Shown piece by piece: positions 15,238-25,144 of a DNA stretch of 64,000 nt (the stretch's first letter is position 1; every line of letters begins with the position of its first letter). The stretch is from a virus. A program made the translations under genes and the position numbers. The stretch lies in IMG/VR virus record IMGVR_UViG_3300035698_016830, positions 29,237 to 93,236 of that record; one strand, given 5' to 3'. The notes beneath the pieces are model-generated. The model searched no databases. It had not been told where the DNA came from and worked only from the letters and a program-made list of their open reading frames with translations.

Positions 15238-17093
15238 TAATTGATCAGATAGAGGCTCAAGGTTTCAGAAATCTTTATAAGCCTATGGTTTTCAAGTTAC
15301 CTAAAGAGAATGGGTTTTATTTTCTAACTGGTACAAATAAAGTCAACACAGATTTAGGGGCCAATGGAACAGGTAAAAGTTCTATATGGGATACGATATG
15401 CTACACGTTCTTTGGGAAGTCGGCTAGAGGATTGAGAGGCCCAGATCTTAAAACATGGCTGAGTGAAGACCCCTTGGCTACAGGCGTTCATTTTCATATT
15501 GGTGACGCGATCTATGTAATACGTCGAACTTGGTCCCCTAATTCATTGACTTTACAAATAGGAACAGCAAAACCAGAGAAGATCCAGCAGGATGAAATTG
15601 ACCAGCTGCTAGGTTGTAATTATGATCTGTTTTTGTTTGTTGTTTTGCAGGGTCAGTTTAATACTTTCTTTATTGATTTAAAACCAACAGATAAGCTTCA
15701 GGTATGGTCTAAAATATTAGATCTCGATGAGTGGTTGATTAGGTCAAAGAAGGCAAAAAAGAAGTTTGATGAAGAGCAAGGTGTGGTTTCCAAAGCTGAA
15801 GTTAGCTTGTCTAAGGTAGAGGGAATCTTGGAGACGTTGAAGTGGTCTTTACAAAGCCAACGTAAATTGAGAGAAGAGGAAAAACAAAGCAGGCAAAAAG
15901 CTCTCAATGAAAATAACACGGCTATAGATAAGCATCAAAAGTCTTTAAAAATGATAGCAAGTAAATTAAAAACTGTTAATGAGAACCAAGCAATAGCGGG
16001 GAGGGAGCTAGATAAGCTTGAAGAGCGGGAAGAAGTTTTATACTCTAAAATAGCTATTAGAACTCAGCAAAGGAATAAAGTTTTACAAGCTATAGCGGTT
16101 CATAAGAGTACAGAAAGAAGAATATTAAAAGAAAAGGAAAAGTTTGAAACCGAGGATCTTGAATGTCCTTGGTGTCAGCAGGAAATAACTAAAAAACACA
16201 AGACGCATATGTTGAAGGAGTTTGATAAAGAGCTAGTTATTTGTAGTAAGGAGATATCTTCTTGTAGTGAGACTGAAAAAGAGATTGATAGGCGGGTGGT
16301 AAATTTAAAAAGTAAATTAGAGGTGGTCTTAGACAAAGGAAGGACGATTGGCCGGGATGTAATTTCTTTGTTGATGGTAGATAAAAGTAAGTTTCTTAAG
16401 GACAAAGAATATCACCTATATGATATTACTCAACTGGAAAAGGCAAATGAGAATCTTAAGAAAGCCTCCAATACTGTAAAAGAAATAAAGAGATTGAAGG
16501 GGCAATTGACGGAAGCAAAGGAAGCAAAGAAAGCTTGTAAGGCTTCTTTAGAAAAAGCAAACGCTATGAGCGTATCATATAAACTTTGGATTCAGGTATT
16601 CAAAGATATAAGATTGTGGCTCGTTGATAGGGCACTAACTGAGCTTGAAATGCACGTAAATAATAGTTTCATCGAATTGGGCTTAAAAGGTTGGTCAATT
16701 GAATTCACTGTTCAGCATGAGAATAAATCAGGTGGGGTAAGTAAAGGCTTGATAGCCAAAATTAAATCACCACAGCAAGATAAATTAGTTCCCTGGTTTG
16801 TTTGGTCAGGTGGCGAAACGCAGAGAATCCGTATAGCTGTAGCAGTGGGTCTGTTACGATTGATACAATCCAGAACAGCTTTTAGTTGTAATTTGGAAGT
16901 ATGGGATGAGCCCACAGAGCATATGTCAGTGGAAGGTATCGAAGATCTTTTGAACTTTTTTGAGATGAGAAAAGATGATGATGATAAACAACTATGGATG
17001 GTGGATCACAGAAGTCTTGATTTTGGTGGTTTTGATGGATCGGTGCATTTGAATAGGACGAATAGGGGAGTTGAGGTGAAGTATGAGTACTAA
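15225..17093 (+). CDS. SbcC/Rad50-like SMC ATPase
   Basis: GANGTGKSS, QGQF, Zn hook CPWC, signature SGGETQR, WDEP Walker B and coiled coils. Confidence 0.9.
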   Translation: MAKVIIDQIEAQGFRNLYKPMVFKLPKENGFYFLTGTNKVNTDLGANGTGKSSIWDTICYTFFGKSARGLRGPDLKTWLSEDPLATGVHFHIGDAIYVIRRTWSPNSLTLQIGTAKPEKIQQDEIDQLLGCNYDLFLFVVLQGQFNTFFIDLKPTDKLQVWSKILDLDEWLIRSKKAKKKFDEEQGVVSKAEVSLSKVEGILETLKWSLQSQRKLREEEKQSRQKALNENNTAIDKHQKSLKMIASKLKTVNENQAIAGRELDKLEEREEVLYSKIAIRTQQRNKVLQAIAVHKSTERRILKEKEKFETEDLECPWCQQEITKKHKTHMLKEFDKELVICSKEISSCSETEKEIDRRVVNLKSKLEVVLDKGRTIGRDVISLLMVDKSKFLKDKEYHLYDITQLEKANENLKKASNTVKEIKRLKGQLTEAKEAKKACKASLEKANAMSVSYKLWIQVFKDIRLWLVDRALTELEMHVNNSFIELGLKGWSIEFTVQHENKSGGVSKGLIAKIKSPQQDKLVPWFVWSGGETQRIRIAVAVGLLRLIQSRTAFSCNLEVWDEPTEHMSVEGIEDLLNFFEMRKDDDDKQLWMVDHRSLDFGGFDGSVHLNRTNRGVEVKYEY

Positions 17094-17307
17094 GTATGAT
17101 TTTAATAAATTAGAAGAAGTAAATAAAAGGGCTAGCACAGTTGGTGTTAGTTACACAATGCATTATTGTGGGTCAGATGAAACATTTTATTTTGAAATTA
17201 TATCAGCAACCCCAACAGAGGAATGGCAGGGAAAGAACAGATCTTTTGATATTGCGATTGAACGTACATGTACATGGCTGGATACTTTGATAAAAGAAAC
17301 AATATGA
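17083..17307 (+). CDS. Hypothetical protein
   Basis: Coupled ORF with GAGG SD. Confidence 0.5.
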   Translation: MSTKYDFNKLEEVNKRASTVGVSYTMHYCGSDETFYFEIISATPTEEWQGKNRSFDIAIERTCTWLDTLIKETI

Positions 17308-17582
17308 ATACTGATATTCGGAAAGCAGTAGAGGCCTGGATAAGAGCTGAGTATATATTTAGGGTGTCAGACCGTAACTATTCATTTGAAGCTCAAGAGT
17401 GGCTGTTAAAGGCTGAAGATGATTTAAGGATGGTAGCTACAGGGTATTCAGGTTTAAAGCAAGCAGGGGAGAAGTTAGGTTGCTCTTCGGAAACTCTACC
17501 AACACGTATAATTAAGAGTAAGAAGAGAAAGAAGATGAAACCGAAAGTAAAGAGCAGTTTTAAGCAGAAAGGACTATTTTGA
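17304..17582 (+). CDS. Hypothetical protein
   Basis: ATGA overlap with the upstream ORF. Confidence 0.5.
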   Translation: MNTDIRKAVEAWIRAEYIFRVSDRNYSFEAQEWLLKAEDDLRMVATGYSGLKQAGEKLGCSSETLPTRIIKSKKRKKMKPKVKSSFKQKGLF

Positions 17583-17767
17583 AAGATAAAGACGAACATA
17601 ATTATGTAATGCTTAAGGTAGGTGATAAAATACTTGCAGGTGATTTATTTTTAAGAGGTGAGAAGTGGGTTGAGATTCTTGAGTCTCAAATAGATGATTG
17701 GGAGGCATCAACACACAGCAAATTGATTTACAGAGATACTAATCTTTTAATGAAAAGAATTATATGA
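17579..17767 (+). CDS. Hypothetical protein
   Basis: TTGA overlap; GGA SD. Confidence 0.4.
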   Translation: MKDKDEHNYVMLKVGDKILAGDLFLRGEKWVEILESQIDDWEASTHSKLIYRDTNLLMKRII

Positions 17768-17964
17768 CTGACAGACGTGAAAATAATGTGTGTAAAGATG
17801 ACCAACACAGGGCTGGAGTATCTTTTAAAACAGTTCTTGAGAATTTAAGGAAGAATGGTGTTAAGTTGGAGGAGACTACTTGTTATGAGTATGAATCTTG
17901 GAATAATTGTGAATATGCTTTCGCTCCCTATAATACGTCTGAAGATTGTTTACAAGCGAAATGA
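17764..17964 (+). CDS. Hypothetical protein
   Basis: ATGA overlap. Confidence 0.45.
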   Translation: MTDRRENNVCKDDQHRAGVSFKTVLENLRKNGVKLEETTCYEYESWNNCEYAFAPYNTSEDCLQAK

Positions 17965-17990
17965 GATATAGGTATAAAGGAGTATTAGGA

Positions 17991-18320
17991 ATGAAAATAG
18001 AGATAACAACGGCTAGTAAAAAGTTAACTAAATCCATAATTAATCAGATGAGAATAGCCCCTGATAATGTGATAAAAAATGGTACCGTGTTAGGGTATTT
18101 AATTAATGCGGTTAAGAATACTCACAAAAGCATATTGATTGAACATGAGAATGAGTATTATAGATTTTCGGCTGCTTGGATAAAAGGTGAACGCAGCGTA
18201 TATAGGAATTTTGCTCGTTGGTCACAGACAAAGAACTTTGATGATGCAAAGTCTTGTGATAGCTGGTGGGATTCTTACCAGATTGTGTTAAGTAAAGCAA
18301 TCACTCAGATCTACATTTGA
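17991..18320 (+). CDS. Hypothetical protein
   Basis: ATG after AAGGAG. Confidence 0.55.
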   Translation: MKIEITTASKKLTKSIINQMRIAPDNVIKNGTVLGYLINAVKNTHKSILIEHENEYYRFSAAWIKGERSVYRNFARWSQTKNFDDAKSCDSWWDSYQIVLSKAITQIYI

Positions 18321-18333
18321 AGGAATAGTTTAT

Positions 18334-18918
18334 ATGAAAAAGACATATATCCCATGGTGTGAAATAGAGAAAAGATTAGAAGAAATTGATAAGGAAGGAA
18401 ATAAGGTGTTCGGTGTCCCTCGCGGCGGAGCAGTAGTAGCTTGCTTACTACGAAATGCAACTAGGGTTATGTCGCATAAGGAAGCAAATATAATTTTAGA
18501 TGATATTGTAGATTCTGGTGAAACGAGGAATGAATATATCTTAAAGACATGTGGTAAACGTTTTTTCGCTGTGATTGATAAGCAGATGGTGGAAGAACAT
18601 AAAACCTTGCCTTGGGTTGTCTTTCCTTGGGAGCATGAAAATGAAGTTGAAGAATTTGATGAGGTTTTGAAAAAAACCTTAACTCGTTTTATTGAAATGA
18701 ATGAAGAGTACCTTGATCCAAGTGCGGTAGAAGGTGTCAGAGCTGCATATAAGCAGCACGCGGGGACTAGTAAGATAGTAGCTAAGGTGATGATGGCTCA
18801 GAATATACTCACGCTGGGGCCTATTGCTAGGGATATGGACAGCTCCTTGGGTGAAGCCGTTGTTCAGGGGATACAAAAAATCAGGTCTTTTACTGAAATT
18901 GAAGAAGGAGCTGAATGA
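18334..18918 (+). CDS. Type I phosphoribosyltransferase-like protein
   Basis: GVPRGG, PRPP-binding IILDDIVDSGET and WVVFPWE. Confidence 0.8.
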   Translation: MKKTYIPWCEIEKRLEEIDKEGNKVFGVPRGGAVVACLLRNATRVMSHKEANIILDDIVDSGETRNEYILKTCGKRFFAVIDKQMVEEHKTLPWVVFPWEHENEVEEFDEVLKKTLTRFIEMNEEYLDPSAVEGVRAAYKQHAGTSKIVAKVMMAQNILTLGPIARDMDSSLGEAVVQGIQKIRSFTEIEEGAE

Positions 18919-19277
18919 AAACTACTATAAAACAATTTGAAGTTTTCAAAGCTAAATTCATTGAGATGCAGAGGGAGCTAGGCTTGATTCAGTATTGCGT
19001 GTATTTTTTCCATGGTGCTACAGATGAAAATAAGAGTTATGCAGAAATTGAAGTAAACGAAATGGGTAAGGTCGCCTCTGTGACTATGTGTAAGGATATT
19101 AAAGATACGGATCTAGCTAAGAGGTTCAATCCAGAAAAGCATGCAGTTCATGAATGCCTTCATCTAGCCTCACATAGGCTTGCGTGGCTGGGGAGGCAGA
19201 GGTACCTTGAAAACAGTGATCTGGATGAAGAGTGGGAAGCCCTGACGCGACGGTTTGAGGCTTTTTTAGGCTGGTAA
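18915..19277 (+). CDS. Hypothetical protein with HExxH (zincin-like) motif
   Basis: HAVHECLHL with downstream EEWE. Confidence 0.45.
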   Translation: MKTTIKQFEVFKAKFIEMQRELGLIQYCVYFFHGATDENKSYAEIEVNEMGKVASVTMCKDIKDTDLAKRFNPEKHAVHECLHLASHRLAWLGRQRYLENSDLDEEWEALTRRFEAFLGW

Positions 19278-19294
19278 AATTAAGGAGCTAAATT

Positions 19295-19903
19295 ATGTTA
19301 AATAGTGAAATGCAAAGTATTGATATTATAGCTTATGATGCGTACGTAGAAGAGATAGTGTTAGGCAAAGTTTCCAAAACGATGGACGTACCATTTCAAA
19401 ATATTATTCATGCGGCTATGGGGCTTTGCACAGAAGCTGGCGAGTTAATAGAGGCAATACAGAAATGGGACATGATAAATATTCGAGAAGAGCTAGGTGA
19501 TATATTATGGTATCTTACTTTGTTGAAATCAGCTTTAGATAGGCATAGGGTTATTGATTACTTTGCTCATGTTAAGGCAGTCGCAAGTTCTTTGTCTAGT
19601 TTTGATACCCCTTTAATTTCTGGTCTTAGGTTTGTGAAAGCTTCATCAGAATTGCTAGATACTGTGAAGAAAGGAACATTCTATGGTAAAGGACTGAATG
19701 AAGCACTTCTTTATTCGCAATTGTGTAAATGTCATGCAATTACTGTATCAATGGCTAATACGATTTGTAATTGTTCCATGGAACATATTATGGTCATGAA
19801 TACCGAGAAACTTAGAAAACGATATGAGACTAGTTTTACGCCAGATGAGGCTAACAATAGGAATTTGGGGGTAGAACGGGAAACGCTGAAAAATCAGAAT
19901 TAA
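19295..19903 (+). CDS. MazG-like nucleotide pyrophosphohydrolase
   Basis: HAAMGLCTEAGEL, EELGDILWY and NTEKLRKRY. Confidence 0.8.
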   Translation: MLNSEMQSIDIIAYDAYVEEIVLGKVSKTMDVPFQNIIHAAMGLCTEAGELIEAIQKWDMINIREELGDILWYLTLLKSALDRHRVIDYFAHVKAVASSLSSFDTPLISGLRFVKASSELLDTVKKGTFYGKGLNEALLYSQLCKCHAITVSMANTICNCSMEHIMVMNTEKLRKRYETSFTPDEANNRNLGVERETLKNQN

Positions 19904-19908
19904 TCCTC

Positions 19909-19970
19909 GCCGGAGCAGCGCACCCTCCTCTAGTCTCTCTCTCTCCTCTAGCTGCTCCGGCATTTTATTG
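19909..19970 (+). terminator. 11-bp stem with 31-nt pyrimidine loop and T-rich tail (terminator or small RNA) ending the replication operon
   Basis: GCCGGAGCAGC (19909-19919) pairs with GCTGCTCCGGC (19951-19961), followed by ATTTTATT. Confidence 0.55.
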
Positions 19971-20037
19971 TCATTTCATATTGGTATATTTTTAAGTATA
20001 AACCCTTGTATTAGCTTAATAACGCAGGTTCTTGTAT

Positions 20038-20103
20038 AAATTATAGATATTACATAATTTTTACAATAATTATGTTGACAATGTAGTCGATATTCATTAT
20101 TAT
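20038..20103 (+). promoter_or_regulatory. Promoter/operator cassette, copy A
   Basis: Palindrome AAATTAT-N9-ATAATTT (20038-20060), 14 nt, TTGACA (20075), 17 nt, TATTAT (20098). Confidence 0.85.
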
Positions 20104-20143
20104 ATGTATAGTAAAGTTAATAATGTTTTTGAAAGGAAAAGAA

Positions 20144-20338
20144 ATGGGCTTTGAGAAATGGTGGATAGATCATCAAGAGATGTTTCAAATAGTGAATAAG
20201 GATAAACAGCTTGTTAAGGGCATTTACGAATCTGCTATTATGGATGCCGTAGAATTCCTTAAAGAAGAGCGTAATGTGGTATCAACAACAGGTCTTGAAA
20301 TAGCTTCAGGGCTATATTACGCTGCCTTTGGTGCGTAA
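20144..20338 (+). CDS. Small hypothetical protein
   Basis: ATG after the TTTGAAAGGA leader, behind promoter A. Confidence 0.6.
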   Translation: MGFEKWWIDHQEMFQIVNKDKQLVKGIYESAIMDAVEFLKEERNVVSTTGLEIASGLYYAAFGA

Positions 20339-20344
20339 TTGTAT

Positions 20345-20410
20345 AAATTATAGATATTATATAATTTTTACAATAATTAGTTTGACAATGTAGCCGATAT
20401 TCATTATTAT
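20345..20410 (+). promoter_or_regulatory. Promoter/operator cassette, copy B
   Basis: Same palindrome (20345-20367), 14 nt, TTGACA (20382), 17 nt, TATTAT (20405). Confidence 0.85.
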
Positions 20411-20454
20411 ATGTAGAGTAAATAAGTTAAAACATAGTTTGAAAGGACAAGATT

Positions 20455-20697
20455 ATGACACTAACAAAAGATCAAATTAAGAAGATTGCAGTTATTATCA
20501 ATAATGAGATTAGTACTTCATCTACTACGGATCAGGTTTTTCAATTGTTAGGGGAAACTAGGGAATCTGAAATAGGTTTCCAAATTGAGGATATCCTTGA
20601 TACCCCAGAAATGACAATAGAGGATAAGATCAAGGCAATACTTGCTGTTGGTCCTGCAAGTTACTCAGATTGGCATGGCCAAAACGCACATATTTAA
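20455..20697 (+). CDS. Small hypothetical protein
   Basis: TTTGAAAGGACAAG leader. Confidence 0.6.
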   Translation: MTLTKDQIKKIAVIINNEISTSSTTDQVFQLLGETRESEIGFQIEDILDTPEMTIEDKIKAILAVGPASYSDWHGQNAHI

Positions 20698-20775
20698 GAG
20701 AGGAAAAATAAGTTCAAAAGTAACACTGTCCCATCCTTCCTGGAATCAGCCAGGGGGTTTTGAAAGGATAAGAAG

Positions 20776-21479
20776 ATGAGTGAAAAAAAAAACAAAACAT
20801 CACAGAGCAGATTGCACAATTCAAAGCTGGTAAGTATAAAGGTTGTGATCCTACTTGGTTTGATTGGTTCTGTAGCGAAAACAGTTTGAAGGACAAGACC
20901 AATTTGCTGTACAAAAAACTCATCAATATTGAGAAGAGCAAAAAGTTTGATTCAAACAAAACTTGTGTTTTCTTTAAAAATAATTGCCCAGTTACGGGTG
21001 AGCTGTATGATGATTTCAGGATTTGTGATAGTAGTGGTGTTATTTTTACAGTCACACCTAGAGTTGGGCATTATGGTGAAAGCCATAGGAAGGCCCAAGT
21101 TTATGGTAAATCCAATGACTTTAAAGAGCCACTTATAGAAGGAACTTGGAAAGAAGTTGTGGCCTGGTTTCTGAAAGAAGAGGAAAAACCAATCCCAGAC
21201 AAAACTCTGGCAGAAAAAGCCCATGCCGTTATCTTCATCGAGCTTTTGGGAAAAGCTGTTGTACAGGCTTGTGAAGCAGAGTTGTATTGGGAAGCAACTC
21301 AGACTATTCAGGTGGTCAATGCCACTTTTGTATCAAACCAATTGAATCAATCAGATATTGATCTTACTGCGTTGACTAATATTGCATTTGTTATGGATGA
21401 TGAGGTTACAATACTTGATCATCTTACGGAAAGATTTGATTGTCTCACAGCAAAGTCTTGTCCTGATTGTTGGAAATAG
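20776..21479 (+). pseudogene. Conserved phage hypothetical protein, frameshifted at an A10 run (20783-20792)
   Basis: ATG 20776 has the standard leader. One extra A joins it to WFDWFCSENSL...FFKNNCP...YDDFRICD in the 20886 frame. Confidence 0.65.
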
Positions 21480-21494
21480 TTTCAGCAATCTTTT

Positions 21495-21530
21495 AGTAGT
21501 CTGGATCGTGTCCAGACTACTCTTTCTTTT
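21495..21530 (+). terminator. Rho-independent terminator
   Basis: AGTAGTCTGGA-tcgtg-TCCAGACTACT followed by CTTTCTTTT. Confidence 0.75.
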
Positions 21531-21572
21531 ATTTTAGATGAATTCTGTATAATTATTGGAGTGGAGAGTAAG

Positions 21573-21788
21573 ATGAAACGTAAAGACAAAATGACAGTGT
21601 TGGTATTGATGATTGTTCTAACAATTGGATATGGTGGTTGTGCAGTGCAGATAGGTAGAACAAATCAATACTATAATGGTAAGGGCAATCAGGAACTAGG
21701 TAAAACAGAAACGTACAAGGAACGTTTGATGTCAGGCAAAGTAAGCATTGAGGAATCAATAAAAAGGGCTAATGATAGACAAAATTAA
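21573..21788 (+). CDS. Small exported or membrane protein
   Basis: Hydrophobic N-terminus VLVLMIVLTIGYGGC; possible lipobox. Confidence 0.5.
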   Translation: MKRKDKMTVLVLMIVLTIGYGGCAVQIGRTNQYYNGKGNQELGKTETYKERLMSGKVSIEESIKRANDRQN

Positions 21789-21800
21789 GGAGATTGAAAG

Positions 21801-23876
21801 ATGGCATTTAAAGAGATTAAGACAGCCATAAGTGAGCAGTTTGAAAAAATGTCGAAGCAGGAGTTGTTTAAGGTAGACTTGACTGGGGACTACATGTGGG
21901 AGACCTATCTAGATAGTTTTCCTCCTGGAACAAACCCAATATTCAAGGAACGCACTGAGCATGATTGTACGTGTTGCAGGCAATTCATCAAAGCTTGTGG
22001 TGGTGTGGTAACGATAGAGGGCAACAGAATGGTATCCTTGTGGGATGTTGTTGTGCCTGAGCCTTACCAAACAGTCTGTAACGCTTTATCTCAAGAGGTA
22101 AAACGGAGGTTTGTCTCAGATGTTTTCCGCTATAGGGAGGCCAATGTTGGTACAGATTTCAACAGAGTATTACTTGAAAGAGAAGTCAATGTTGGTACAG
22201 AAACTGAGAAAGAAAAATTAATATCTGTTTTCAATCGGGTATTACTTGAAAATGAGGAGGTGGCTAGATGGGAACATTTTTACTTCAAACTACCTACTAA
22301 GTTTGTAAGTACAGATCCTGGTTCTGAGTTAGCTGAATTTAGAGCCAGAAAGCAGGTACTCAAAAGAGGGCTTGAGGAGATAACTGTAGAGGCAGTTGAG
22401 ATCGTCTTGGAATTGATTGATCAGAATTCACTTTATCGCGGACAAGAATTCAGGCCCCTAGTTGAGCTTTTTCAAAAGCACAAAACTGAGTTTGATAAGA
22501 TTAAAGGATTGGAGAAGAAAGACCTTTATTTCTGGAAAACATCTATGGCTTTGGGTTCAGCTTCAGGAATTAGAAATACTGTTATTGGTACACTTCTATG
22601 TGATATCTCTGATGGTATGGAATTGGACAAAGCTGTAAAGTCTTTTGAAAGCAAAGTGGCCCCTGCAAACTATAAAAGGCCTAGTGCTTTGATCACTAAG
22701 ACTATGATTAAGAAGGCACAGGAAAAAGTAGAAGCCCTTGGTATCACAAGTGCTCTTACCAGGCGTTATGCGGTAGCTGAAGATCTCACTATCAATAATG
22801 TCTTGTTTGCCAATAGAGAAGCCAAGAAGGCTATGAATGCGTTTGATGAGTTGGCTGATGAAGTTCCTCATAAAGGTAATTTTGATAAGGTAGAGGGTAT
22901 AACAGTAGGCAGCTTCATGAAGGACGTGCTGCCCAAAGTGGATAGCGTGGAGTTGTTTGTTGAAAACAAGCACAGTAACAATCTTATGAGTCTCATAGCA
23001 CCTGTTGATCCTGAAGCAAAGCATATTTTCAAATGGGACAATAACTTCTCTTGGGCATACAATGGAGACGTTACGGATTTGATTAAAGAACGTGTTAAGG
23101 CAGCAGGGGGAAACGTTGAAGGTGTTTTGCGGTATTCTTTGTCCTGGTTTAATCATGATGATCTAGATGCCTGGTGTCAAGAGCCCGATGGCAACAAAAT
23201 TAGTTTTCATAATGCTAAACGGATACATCGATCTACTGGTGTTCTCGATGTGGATATGAATGCAGGAAGTGGGATTACTAGAAAGCCTGTTGAAAATATC
23301 ACATGGTCAAAGGAATCCCGGATGCAAGAAGGCGTTTATAAGATTTGGGTTAATCAGTATCAATCTAGGGAAAACAGTAATATTGGTTTTGATGCAGAGC
23401 TTGAATATGATGGTAAGATATATTCTTTTCATTACGCCAAGAAGCAAAGGACTAAAGAGAATGTCGTTGTAGCTGAATTCATATATTCAAAAGCTGAGGG
23501 TGTTAAAATCATAAAATCTTTGCCATCTACACAAGTATCAAAAGAAGTATGGGGCATTCCTACCCAGACATTCAGGAAAGTGTCAATGATCTTGAATTCT
23601 CCTAATCACTGGGATGATATGAAAATAGGGAACAAACACTGGTTCTTCATTCTGGATGGTTGTAAGAATGATAAGACAGCAAGAGGATTCTTTAACGAGT
23701 TTCTGAATGAGGATCTTAGGGAGCACCGTAAGGTGTTTGAAGTGCTTGGATCTAAGATGAAAACTGAAAAGTCAGATAACCAACTTAGTGGTCTTGGGTT
23801 CAGTTCGACACAAAGGAATCAGGTACTTTGTAAAGTATCTGGAAGTTTCAATCGAATGCTTAAAGTCACATTTTAA
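21801..23876 (+). CDS. Large conserved phage protein (HDCxCC motif; C-terminal YfaP/DUF2135-like region)
   Basis: 691 aa; EHDCTCCRQFIK, VAPANYKRP, DDLDAWC..LDVDMN..PVENITW; SD AAGGAG. Confidence 0.7.
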   Translation: MAFKEIKTAISEQFEKMSKQELFKVDLTGDYMWETYLDSFPPGTNPIFKERTEHDCTCCRQFIKACGGVVTIEGNRMVSLWDVVVPEPYQTVCNALSQEVKRRFVSDVFRYREANVGTDFNRVLLEREVNVGTETEKEKLISVFNRVLLENEEVARWEHFYFKLPTKFVSTDPGSELAEFRARKQVLKRGLEEITVEAVEIVLELIDQNSLYRGQEFRPLVELFQKHKTEFDKIKGLEKKDLYFWKTSMALGSASGIRNTVIGTLLCDISDGMELDKAVKSFESKVAPANYKRPSALITKTMIKKAQEKVEALGITSALTRRYAVAEDLTINNVLFANREAKKAMNAFDELADEVPHKGNFDKVEGITVGSFMKDVLPKVDSVELFVENKHSNNLMSLIAPVDPEAKHIFKWDNNFSWAYNGDVTDLIKERVKAAGGNVEGVLRYSLSWFNHDDLDAWCQEPDGNKISFHNAKRIHRSTGVLDVDMNAGSGITRKPVENITWSKESRMQEGVYKIWVNQYQSRENSNIGFDAELEYDGKIYSFHYAKKQRTKENVVVAEFIYSKAEGVKIIKSLPSTQVSKEVWGIPTQTFRKVSMILNSPNHWDDMKIGNKHWFFILDGCKNDKTARGFFNEFLNEDLREHRKVFEVLGSKMKTEKSDNQLSGLGFSSTQRNQVLCKVSGSFNRMLKVTF

Positions 23877-23911
23877 GGTAAGTTTTCAAAAGGATAAAGA
23901 AAGGAGTTATT

Positions 23912-24241
23912 ATGAAGCTTAAGAAATCTATTTTCAGTGATAAAGCAGGGGCTGTGTTTGTTGCATCCAATAGTTTTGATTTGGGTATTCATATATGGCC
24001 TGCTGCGCTAGGTATTAAAAAATATGAAGGTTGTGTGCAATATGCCCCAGATTTTTCGATGGGGACGGCGGTAGACTTAGTTGATGATAATCAAGCTTGT
24101 TATTTACGCGCTGCAGAGTGCGAAAAGATTTACTATGACTTCCCAGAATCAGAGGAAGCTTGGCTATTAACTCCAAGAGGTAAAGATTGGTTATGGGAGC
24201 AGGTTGATACTCAGTTAGAATTGCTGAAAGATCCAGGGTAA
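23912..24241 (+). CDS. Hypothetical protein, paralog of 31879-32214
   Basis: Shared MKLKK.FSD..GAVFVA, IWPA.LGI.K and DFP..EEAWL.TP motifs. Confidence 0.6.
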   Translation: MKLKKSIFSDKAGAVFVASNSFDLGIHIWPAALGIKKYEGCVQYAPDFSMGTAVDLVDDNQACYLRAAECEKIYYDFPESEEAWLLTPRGKDWLWEQVDTQLELLKDPG

Positions 24242-24294
24242 AAATTACATTTTAGTCAAACAGTTTTAGAAACAATTATTTAAGGAGAGTTACA

Positions 24295-24687
24295 ATGCTA
24301 TTTGAAAGAGCCAGTAAATTGAAATTGAGATTTGAGACAACAAGAGGCACAGTCAACATGGAAGATTTGTGGGATATGCCATTAGTTAATGACAGAGATT
24401 CTTTTTCTTTGGATATTTTAGCCAAGAGTTTGAATAAAAAGGTAAAGGAGGAACAAGAAGATAGTTTTGTGCTTCCTGCCACCAAGATGAGGTCTGTTTT
24501 TATTCTGTCGCTTGATATAGTTAAGCGAGTGATTGAAGTAAAGCTTGCTAATATCCAAACTCAGAATAAGAGAGCAGCTACAATAGCCAGGAAAAATCGT
24601 ATTTTGGAAATCCTGGAAAGCAAGGAAGATGACAGTTTGAAAGAAAAGACTAGGGAAGAGTTGGTTGCTTTGTTAGAAGAAGAATAG
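24295..24687 (+). CDS. Conserved phage coiled-coil protein
   Basis: MLFERASKLKLRFETTRG..EDLWDMPL; I recall this family as a neighbour of the 21801-type gene. Confidence 0.65.
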   Translation: MLFERASKLKLRFETTRGTVNMEDLWDMPLVNDRDSFSLDILAKSLNKKVKEEQEDSFVLPATKMRSVFILSLDIVKRVIEVKLANIQTQNKRAATIARKNRILEILESKEDDSLKEKTREELVALLEEE

Positions 24688-24916
24688 CGTTTCGCCGAGG
24701 GCTGTATAATATGATACTGCTCCATATATAGCTGGGGGGTGGTATCATATTAATCTTTTAGAATTATAAGTAGTTTGGAAGCTTTGGCTTATTCTAATGT
24801 ATCGATACCTAATGAACCAGATATGGAAAGAGTAGAACAACTTTGTATGGAACTCATTTGTAAGATGAATATTGGGAAAGGGCTTGAATCATTATTATTG
24901 AAGTAAGGAAAATATT

Positions 24917-25093
24917 ATGAATAAAATGACATTAGCAGTATTGCAAACTCTCCGATGGACAACAGAACACTTTGCAAGTATGGAAGAGACTTTAGGCAAG
25001 ACGCCAGAGGAATTCAGTCCGGAACTCAGAGCAGCATTAGCACAAAAACAATTATTGGAAGAAGGCTATATTCAGGTCACTGATCCTGAATAA
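24917..25093 (+). CDS. Small hypothetical protein (58 aa)
   Basis: Read manually; AAGGA SD. Confidence 0.45.
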   Translation: MNKMTLAVLQTLRWTTEHFASMEETLGKTPEEFSPELRAALAQKQLLEEGYIQVTDPE

Positions 25094-25144
25094 AATTTAA
25101 TCTCATAAACCCTTGTATTAGCTTAATAACGCAGATTCTTACAT

